A DNA stretch of 64,000 bases from Eledone cirrhosa (taxonomy: Eukaryota), in assembly GCA_964016885.1 (NCBI GenBank), contig OZ024747.1:23560001-23624000 (forward strand), written 5' to 3'. Every line of letters starts with the position of its first letter. The first letter of the stretch is position 1. Position numbers and translations under genes: made by a program. The notes beneath the pieces are model-generated. The model saw only the letters and a program-made list of their open reading frames with translations. It was not told the origin of the DNA and did not search any database. This document shows, in pieces, positions 53,891-64,000 of the stretch.

Positions 53891-55384
53891 TTTATTAATG
53901 ATTTTGAAGTATAGAACCATATTTTAGGGCTTGTTAAATCCATTATATAAGGTGGGTGATTGTTAGCCTGTTGGTAGTTGGAAATTCCTTGAGAATTCCT
54001 CAATAATTAGCAATGGAAATGTTTCCAGGAATTGACTAATTCAGATATATTTAGAAAGCAGGATGTCTTTCTGAATGTCTGCACACAGACATGTTGTGAG
54101 AATCTTTTCTCTAAAAGTATTTCCAGTAATCCTTATATAGCATTTTGTTTCACTGGAATCTGCAACAGAACCTTTGTTTCATAAACTAATGCTTGAGAAA
54201 AGCACATACCATGGAGAGAGCAGATATGAGGGCTGGTCCATTCAGTTCAGTTTTGCCTTGGGCCCCCTCAAGAACAATGTACTGAGTACCTTATTAACTG
54301 TGGTTACCCCAATTTAACTCAGGGTTTACATATATCATCATCATCATCATTTAACATCTATTTTTCCATGCTTGTGAAACAAGTCTGGTCAGTTGGCTGT
54401 GTCATACCTTGCTCAAACAGGACTGTATTTGGGCTGGGATTTTTACAGTTGGATGCCGTTCCTAATACCAAATATATATGTGTGTGTGTAAAGAGGGGGG
54501 GGGGGGGTCTAGTTATATCATAAAAGTTAACATGTTCATTAATATTTTGCTGATGATATCAATAGCAAAATCTATCAATGACTTTCAAACAACTAATTTA
54601 CTTTTGAAAAATATGGTTAATTATTATGAATGCAAGCTATTGTATGTTATATATTTCTTATTAAGATAATTCCTGTGTAGAAAATGTAAAGATTACACTT
54701 CTTCTTTGAAATAAAAAAAAAAGATTATAATGTGTTGAATGTTTGAGATGTAATAGGCCAATCTTAACAGCATTTCACTGGGGGGCCCTACCTATGTAAC
54801 TTGAAATCTGTGTTTCCCAATGTTGCACCTAGTCAGTTATCTACCTGTCTTAATTAGAAATTTTAAATGGAAAAGTTCTTTAAATTTGAATAGCTTCTAA
54901 AATGAGGAAAACAAGTAAAAATATAGAATATAATAAATATAGAAAATTAGCAACATATTTGTGTCTTTTCAAACAATTATGATTCAAACTAAATAAAAGC
55001 TATATAAATATAAAAATAACATTTTTATACTATAACTAACATATTTTTCCTTTGTTAATATCGTGTCATGAGTATTTAAACAACATAATTTGTACCTGGA
55101 TAGTACAAGTCCCTAATCAAATTTTATTCTGTATTTATTATAGTCTGAAATAATTTCTTTGCTTGCTACCCACTGCTGAGATAATAGATGTTATTGTCTC
55201 ATGTAAATTGTTTAATTATGTCTATACATCTGTTAGTGCAAGTATTCAGTTAAAACTTTTGTAAATTGACAGTGAAAGTGTTTAGCCTAATTTTTTTCTG
55301 CTTATACACGTTCTTCCTTTGTCTTCAATACATTGTGATTTGGAGATTTCCCTACAAAGTTAATCCTGGCTTTTTACATAAGAA

Positions 55385-55732
55385 ATGGATTCCTCTGCAA
55401 CAGTTTTTGAAAAAGATAAACAGAAAACAGAGACTACTACTATTACAGAAGACATTTTAGTATCAAGATGCCAAGACAAAATACAAACTGATTTTCAAAC
55501 AAGACTGCAAGAAGAATGTAGTCTTATGGAAGAGGGTTCAAGTTCAGAAAACAGGGAAGATGAATGTATTAAAACAAAAAGAATTCTTGCAAAAGACATA
55601 GTATGTCCTTCAAGAACCCCATCAACATTTCATTGTGATGTTGCAATTTGCCCACAGACTGGGTCGCTTTACTGTCCACTGGATGGTCTGAATAAGATCA
55701 ACTTTACAGTTGATATAAGACAATCATTACAG
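55385..55732 (+). CDS. Coding exon C (116 codons), likely an alternative first coding exon
   Basis: In-frame TAA two codons upstream of the ATG. Protein-like composition until CAG|gtgtgt (phase 0), intron-like afterwards. Confidence 0.6.
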
Positions 55733-58065
55733 GTGTGTTTTGTGTTACTATTGATGTATAATGGTAATTGCAGGTCAGTTCTATATTATTATGTTACTTT
55801 GAATGCTTTCAGACTTCACATTTACAACAAACAACCATCAATTTTCATAGCAGTCTTTTCCTGTTTATGTATTATTTTTTGTTTAATTTATTTTATACAT
55901 ATTATACATAGGAAGAAAGTATTACACTATTAAATCATCAAACAGAGGAGCCCCGTGAGTTGGAATAGGTTGTTTTCACTGTCTTTCAGGGCAATGCTTT
56001 CTCTAGTTTGCTGGGACCATGGGTATGCCTTGAGTTTTACACATCAGAGAGGCAGAGCAGACAAATGGACAGTGTGGGTGACAACCTTTCATTGTGCTGT
56101 TACAGCTGGCCACAACATATACATACACATGCATACACAAAACACTACTAAGCTAAATTTTCCCTGTAGTCATTTTATTAAAATATCATCATTATCACCA
56201 CCATTTAACATCCATTTTTCCATACTTGAAAGGGTTAGACAAGTTGTCTCGTTGTGAGACAAGTCAGATCAGATGACTATGTCTAGCTTGGTTTCTGTGG
56301 CTGGATGCCCTTCCTAATGCCAACCACATTTCTAGTGTAGACTAAGTGCCTGTTATTGTGGCACCAAAACAACCACTTTACAGTGTATGCTGGGCGTTTT
56401 TTGCAGTGACACCTACACAACCACTTTACAATGTGGACTGGGTGCTTTTTGTTGTGGTAACAAAACAACCACATTTCAACAATCGAATAGATATGTATTC
56501 GTCAATTTTGTAAGTCAATTCAGTTAGTCTGTTTAAATGGATAATGCTGGCTTTAAAGAAATATACAAGGAAATTTTTAAGAGAATTCATCGACATTAAA
56601 AACATGTATAAAAGTCAGCCTGTCTGAAAGTGTACACCTAAACAACAATCTCTACCCATCCTCTTTTGTTTATATAATTATTTTCACCAAGTAAATGAGT
56701 TTTCTAGCACCATCTTACGTAACTAAAATCTATTTATGAACCAAAAGAACAGCTACATGGTTTCTCAACCAACTAGAAATCTTCCTCAAATCATATCCTA
56801 TCATCTTAAAAAAAGAACAACAAAATTGATCAATGATGGTAAATATTTTTAAACTTGTGTGTCAAAAGTTTAGTTTCAAATAAATGCTTATAAGAGTTGT
56901 TCGAAGGTTGGATAGAATATTTTGCAGCATTCGTTCCAGCTCACTGTGCGCTGAGTTAAAATCCTGCTGAGGTCAACTTTGCTATTCCTCCTATCGAGGT
57001 TGATAAAAAAGTAGGAAAGGAATACTGGGATCGATTCTTCCTCTATATCTATAAAACAAACAAATGATTTCAGCTTTCTTCTGAAAGCTGAAATCGTTCT
57101 TTGGTTTTATCTAGGACTGTTTCAACCCCGCATTTGAAAAGAGGGTTATAGCCCTGAAATATCATACCATAATACACTGAGTAAAACATTACTTTACTTT
57201 GTTTTGTTTCATTTACCATCATTTGTCCTTTGTATTTTCTACCACATTGTACCGGCTTTTAAAAACTTGTATGTCAGTTATTATAAATATATATCAAAGA
57301 CCAGGGTCATAGCTAGGTTCTAAATTTAAGTGGAATAAGTACATAAAAAAGGTGCCATGATATTATGGTATTGTTCTCAAAATAAATAACCATCATAATT
57401 TCGTAGATTAGATATTATGTGAGATAATTATGTGAGGTAATGCCATTACGACAAAAATACAATAATAAAGAATAATGTAAAAGCTAAATGGTTAAAGGGT
57501 TCTGTCTCATGAGTATCCACAACTGTTTGAGCATTGTCCTCATCTCCTGGGATGAAGATAAGTAGCAAGTTTCCATAAGGTTCCACATCTAGCTCTGCAG
57601 ATGTTGTGTACTTGCCAAATGAAAAGTAGGCTTCCAATCTCTGATATTTTGATGATTTCGTTTTCTCTCTGCTTTTTTGTTTCTTTATTTCTCTTTCTCT
57701 ATCATAGTTACTAATTAAGAATTGTATTTCATTAAAAGATTTTTTTCTAGAATTTGTTAATCTGAAAAAAAAATGTAAAAGACAGCATGGCTAACTAATC
57801 TATATATTTCATCTTCCTTCTGTCCAATCGAAATAGTTTTTCCTTCTTAGTATTATTGGTTCCTCAGATGCCAACAGCGCATCACAGGAAATTGGGGACA
57901 TAATTCAAAACACTTGGGTGTTGGTTGAATAAAGTAATGAGTCTAGAAAGTTTTTTCCAAGACTATGCAACAAAAAAAAGCAATAAAACTTGAGATTCGA
58001 CTTTTATCACACAAAGAACTAAAGAAAAATATGTGATTATCAGATGACACAAGCTACAAAGAACT

Positions 58066-58192
58066 TTGTAATGTTCAAAGTACTTTGGTTCTGCAGTTCA
58101 AGTGTAATGTTAAAAGTACTTTGGTTCTGCAGTTCAAGATTATGCAATAACTACCAAACTATATCACTGAAAATATTCAAATTACTTTTTTA

Positions 58193-58224
<32 letters not shown>

Positions 58225-58300
58225 GCTTTTGTAATTTTTTGTGTTTTTGTATCAGGGGGGGGGGGGGGGGGCTTTTGTAATTTTTTGTATTTTTGTATCA
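58066..58300. repeat. 41-bp tandem duplication followed by duplicated poly-G units
   Basis: tgtaatgtt.aaagtactttggttctgcagttcaag twice; (G)n-cttttgtaattttttgt.tttttgtatca twice. Confidence 0.8.
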
Positions 58301-60682
58301 AGAGTTCATAAAATTTCGAAAAGTTTCTGTGGGCTACAAATTTGTAGTCGTTAGCGTATAGGACAAAATGTAATATTTGTTCCAGCTCTCTGTGCTGAGT
58401 TCAAATCCTGCTGAGGTATGCTTTGCTTTTTATCTTTTTGGGGTTAATAATATTAAGTACCAGTCAAGGATTGGCAGAATTGTTAGAGCATCAGACATGA
58501 TGCCTTGTGGTATTTATCCCAACTCTTTGACTTCTGATTTCAAATCCTTCTGAAAACTACTGAGACCTACTTTGATGGTAGATTTAATCTGTTGTTCAGT
58601 TTAATGCCATCTTTTCTTCTGATGCCTTTTGCATTCTGAGTTCAAATTCTACTGGGTCAATGTTGCTTTTCAGCCATCTCAGGTTGATAAATAAAGTACC
58701 ATTCTAGTATTGGTTCTGGTTTTTGTTTTTGTTTTTTTGTTCAAATTCTACAACATGGCCTACTTATGTGGTTGACTTATACTGTTACCTAGTTTAACAC
58801 TTTCACTTGAGCATTTGGTTGCTAGCATTTGGGTGAGGTTTCCAGTTTGATAATACCCTCCTTCCTTCCACAGATCTCATAATTCAAAAAAAAAGAGTCA
58901 TGAGCATTTCCGTTCTTCCTGACTAAGTGATGAAAAAAATGTCAATACATACTACATGTCAAATCTGACCTAATCATACCCAAGATCAGCAACAGCTGTT
59001 CGGGAATTCCAAGTTATGCCCCATAGCGATTATTCATACCTTAGCTAAAAAGAGAAAACATCTAATTTACGCAACTCTTGACTGTAATTACGAATGTATG
59101 CCATCTCATCTTACTGCTATTTCCACTATTTGCCTTAAGGGCAGTTGACTTTCATTTAAAATTGCTATCTTTACACATTTGAGCAATGCAAATCAAAGTT
59201 TGTGTCACTTGAGCAGAGTATCATTGTCATAATTGAAATTGTCCAACATGTTCATAAATTCAACTGAGAAATATCTGTTTTCTTATTGAATCTTGACAGC
59301 AAAGTACATTTTGATATTACATTTGTTCTCTTCGGTGAGTATCATTGATTTCTACAGAGCTAGGTCCCTATGTAGATGATAAAGAAAAATGAAGAAGCTT
59401 GTCATGGAACCTGCAAAGGCTAACCATTTCTTTAAAAAGCTTAATGCTGTTGTTGTCCCTGGAATGACTATCAAGGATTTCTGCAGAGCTAGATCCCATA
59501 AATACATTGATTGGCTGGCAAGTTCATAGGCCAAGACACTCTCATTAATGACTGAATGGGGTTTATTTTTCATCATAGTCCCTGGAAAGAAACAGTGCAG
59601 CTATTAATAAGAAGAGTTGAAATTAATGCTTGCAAGATTTCACAGCTCTAGCATCAATCCTTCATAGTTAGCTTATGAACTTTTCAAACAAGGAGAGAGG
59701 ATGGGTTCTGTCAGGTCTAAGTTGTCCAAGACACACTGTGTGGTGCCCTTAAGTCTCCATCAGGAGTCACAGGTCCTTGCAATGCAAATACCAATTTTAT
59801 ATATAACACTGGTATAGACAGATATTTTCACAATGATCATGTATTAGCAGAGGAATTACATTGTATTCTGAGACAATAGGTTTGGATTATACTGTGTGGC
59901 TCAGTTCATGTATCTGAAAGAAATAATCAAAACAAAGGGTATTAATTACGTTTTATGATTACTTAATTGACAGGAATCTAGTAATAAATCATTAACCCAA
60001 ATTGTCATTGTATTTTAAATAAATGTAAAAATAAATGTGGAAATTGAAAGGAATAGTAAGCAGTAGCTCATGCGATGATCATCAGTTTAATTAGATGACC
60101 TCGGCATCATGATCACCAGTGGTTTCGCAGATGATCGTCTATTAATTCGACAATGAGTTGGCACAACTGCTCCTCCAGTTAGCAGAGAAATCTATGTATA
60201 TGCAGGTGTAGCAAGCCGCATATATTTTAGCCATTAGGAAAAGCAAAATGAATGCTTCACCTTCGATGGAGAGATGACTCAAAAAGAAGTTGTCCTAAAT
60301 ATTTCACTCTAATGAAGAGCATCCAGCAGCTGTAAAAACCAAGCCCAAACATGGCCCCACTATGAGCAAGGTATGGCACAGCCAATTAGCCAGACCTCCC
60401 TCCTAATGGGGCCACCCAGTTCTACACTGGTTGGTGTTAGGAAAGGCATCCAGCTGTAAAACTCCCAGCCAAAACTCGCAGCTGGCCAGACTTGTCTCAA
60501 AACATGAACGACCTGCCTAACCCATGTAAGCATGTAAAAATAGACATTAAATGATAATAATGATGATGATGATTATTATATTTGAATCTACCTAACATTT
60601 CAATAAATCAGATTTTGAAGTTTGCTTATGAAAGCAATTTTGATTTCTTGCTAGACTTCCGCATTTTGTATTTCATTATAAT

Positions 60683-60865
60683 TTGGCAGTATCGGTAGAG
60701 GGTCAGGCGCCATGCTTCGAAGCATAGAGTTACCTCCCTTTATGATCTGAGTTCAAATCCCGCCGAGGTTAACTTTGCCTTTCATCCTTCCGGGGTCGAT
60801 AAAATAAAGTACCAGTAATGCACTGGGATAATTGCTAGCCTGGTGCCAAAAGTAGAAACAATTAT
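60683..60865 (+). mobile_element. MetaSINE-like SINE, short subtype
   Basis: A and B boxes plus Meta-like domain. Highly similar to 38628-38817. Confidence 0.85.
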
Positions 60866-61270
60866 AATTATAGAAATACTCAGCATTCAGGTCAATAGAT
60901 TACTTTTTTGGTGTTGTTGTTATTGTCACTGTAGTTTTCAAGGTGTAAATAAGTGAACTGGATGTCGACAAAGAGATAAAAAATATTTGATCTTTTATAG
61001 TCATTGTTATCTGTGTCAGCTGATATGATATAACTACAGTACTCCATGAATCTCATGAGCTGTATTTCATTAGGAATGAAAGGTGTTTGTTATAGCTACA
61101 AACCATGACAACTCCTCCCTTTAATCAGGTTTGTAATGTATCTTGTTTGTGTATTTTATTGTGAAAGTAACAACTTACTTACATATTTGTTATCCTAATG
61201 AACTATAGAGAATAGTATAGTGCATTATGACTACAAAACAATGACCATGTGTGTATATAATGACTGTATG

Positions 61271-61308
<38 letters not shown>

Positions 61309-61499
61309 CATTATCATTTAACGTCTACTTTCTGTGCTACACCTTTATTTGTGTGTGTGTGTGTGTATATATTTATACTTGGTTTTTTTATTTGTTTTGC
61401 AAGATTCTTGATGTGAAGTCATATTATTGGCAGTATAACCTTCCCAAAGTATATGTGTGTGTGTGTATATGTATATATATATATATATATATGTATATG

Positions 61500-61547
<48 letters not shown>

Positions 61548-62404
61548 CTTATATATGTACATATATATATTTATTTATGTACATATGTGTGTGTAGTAGG
61601 TATATGAAGATTATTTGGTTGTTTTTGACCATGCATGTTCACCAATTGCAACTGGTGTAAATTGGATACTGTGTTGTTGAATGAATTGATCAGTGGTTCA
61701 TTGTAGTGTGGCAGGAGTTACAGTAGTAAACATTGGCTTGATGAGTGAATGTGTAAGTTGATCTGTCTCATATAAAGGATTGTGTGACATTCCATGGTGA
61801 ATGAACGATAAAAAAGATCTGCTACTTTAATAATTTTATTACTTTACAACTTGCTTTGAAGTTATTGTAACAATATAGGAAAAACAAAGATATTTACTGT
61901 AAAATTGTGTGAGTGTTCGTGTGATGGTTTGGTATGGATGTTTGAAGTAAATGTGTTAAAATTTGTATATAACTAACTTCTGTCCATATAGCTCACTGGC
62001 CAAAGGGCCAGAGTAAATCTATGGAGAACTACATCATTCTGATGTCTTTTGTGAACTGATGTAAACTGCCTTAGATGGCCAAGGGCAGACTATTTATGAA
62101 GATAGCATATCTTCTGACAATCTACAGATGACCTCTAGAGAACCATTTCTCCAGACAATCAATTATTATGGTAGGGTTTAAGTATGGACATTGGAAGATG
62201 AACAGTAGTGTATCATAAAAGTTAAATGATCTGGCACATATACATATTCATCCAAAAATGTTGTATTGTTTTCATTATCAAAGCATCCTTGAATTACCAC
62301 TAAATCCTCATCCTCATTGTGACATCATGACCAATGCATTATTTACTTCCAGTATTTTTTTGTTTATTTACACCATGCTAAGATGATTATCATGTCCTCT
62401 TGAT

Positions 62405-62597
62405 AATTGCACAAAATATTTTAACCAATCATGGTCTCTAAATCATTGCACATCAAAATATTTTAACCAATCGTAGTCTCTAAATCATTGCACATCAAAA
62501 TAGTTTAACCAATCACGGTCTCTAAATCATTTCACATCAAAATAGTTTAACCAATCACGGTCTCTAAATCATTGCACATCAAAATATTTTAACCAAT
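62405..62597. repeat. 42-bp tandem repeat, ~4.5 copies
   Basis: attgcacatcaaaata.tttaaccaatca.ggtctctaaatc; ttaaccaat at 62421, 62463 and onward. Confidence 0.9.
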
Positions 62598-62712
62598 GTT
62601 GAAGCCTCACCAAATATTTGCTGCTTCTTTTTTCTCTGTTTTATTTTGTTGTTGTTTGGGGATTTTTTTAAAAGCTATCGACTGAAACATTAAACTCATC
62701 TGTTTCTTACAT

Positions 62713-62881
62713 CAGTGGTTCCCAAAGTGGGTTCCACAAAGGAGTGTCTGGGGTTCTGTGAAAAAGAAGGTAGAGGAGTATATTTATATTAAGACCATAT
62801 AACAGTATCACACTTTAGGGTTCCCCCGAAAGTTTCTGAACCAAAAAGGGTTCTGCATTTGAAAAAGTTTGGGAAACCCTG
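62713..62881. mobile_element. hAT-Charlie-type MITE
   Basis: TIRs cagtggttcccaaa / tttgggaaaccctg. 8-bp TSD tcttacat / ccttacat. Confidence 0.8.
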
Positions 62882-63077
62882 CCTTACATTATAAAATTAA
62901 TTACTTTTTATTCCTGCTTGTTTTTGATGCTTCTTTTTCCTGATTTTTATTTTTCTCTATTTGGGGAATGGGGTTATCATTAAAATATTGGTGTAAACAA
63001 TACCTCTGGATTACCCAGGATTTAACTTCTATAAATACAATTCAAACCTATCCGAAAATAATCATTTGCCTCTACAT

Positions 63078-63826
63078 TTGTATGTATTCCTAGACCCGTA
63101 ACTATTGGTAATTGTATGTATACATGGACCTGTAACTATTGGTAATTGTATGTATTCATGGACCTGTAACTATTGGTAATTGTATGTATACATGGACCTG
63201 TAACTATTGGTAATTGTATGTATACATGGACCTGTAACTATTGGTAATTGTATGTATACATGGACCTGTAACTATTGGTAATTGTATGTATACATGGACC
63301 TGTAACTATTGGTAATTGTATGTATTCATGGACCCGTAACTATTGGTAATTGTATGTATATATGGACCCGTAACTATTGGTAATTGTATGTATACATGGA
63401 CCTGTAACTATTGGTAATTGTATGTATACATGGACCTGTAACTATTGGTAATTGTATGTATACATGGACCCGTAACTATTGGTAATTGTATGTATACATA
63501 GACCCGTAACTATTGGTAATTGTATGTATATATGGACCCGTAACTATTGGTAATTGTATGTATACATAGACCTGTAACTATCGGTAATTGTATGTATACA
63601 TGGACCTGTAACTATTGGTAATTGTATGTATACATGGACCTGTAACTATTGGTAATTGTATGTATACATAGACCTGTAACTATCGGTAATTGTATGTATA
63701 TATGGACCTGTAACTATTGGTAATTGTATGTATACATGGACCTGTAACTATTGGTAATTGTATGTATACATGGACCCGTAACTATTGGTAATTGTATGTA
63801 TACATGGACCTGTAACTATTGGTAAT
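63078..63826. repeat. 34-bp minisatellite, ~22 copies
   Basis: Unit gtaactattggtaattgtatgtatacatggacct, period 34. Confidence 0.95.
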
Positions 63827-64000
63827 CACTGAAAGAATACAATTGAGCACATCCCTCTTCAGGTGTGAACATGGCTGATTTCTTTCAGAGAAGGAGAGAG
63901 AGTATTAGAGAAGTGAAAAATAGATAGGTAAGAAGAATTAACCCCACTACTTGACTGGTACTTTGTTTATCAATCTTGAAAGGCTGAAAATCATAGTTGA

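Noticed and set aside
59040-59900. Possible decayed coding or transposase sequence
   Set aside because: Slightly coding-like composition, but no recognisable motifs or sustained frame.
63078-63826. CRISPR-like 34-bp periodic array
   Set aside because: Units are contiguous with no unique spacers, in a eukaryotic context; it is a minisatellite.

Overview
AT-rich eukaryotic DNA dense in microsatellites and transposon relics. The SINE/LINE repertoire and the (TA)n/(CA)n load suggest an invertebrate, probably a cephalopod (octopus-like); this is inferred, not verified. Almost all long ORFs in the supplied track are microsatellite artefacts. Supported content: (1) a plus-strand host gene seen as three ATG-initiated coding exons (27641, 47065 with a ~24-aa tandem repeat, 55385) that all end in phase-0 GT donors, plus a 42-nt phase-0 micro-exon; (2) 5'-truncated LINEs (CR1/L2-group, RTE, Tx1/L1, R4/Dong-like), three SINE families, hAT and piggyBac MITEs, a Helitron end and several minisatellites; (3) most unusual, a recurring class of short non-coding fold-back elements in (TA)n tracts, built as inverted arm, spacer, arm, then an ~80-95 nt tail. 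Several carry whole or partial minimal hammerhead-ribozyme motifs and a shared tail motif. Stand-alone hammerhead motifs also occur. This fits Penelope-like pseudo-LTR remnants or a non-autonomous ribozyme retroelement class. All coordinates and alignments were read by eye.
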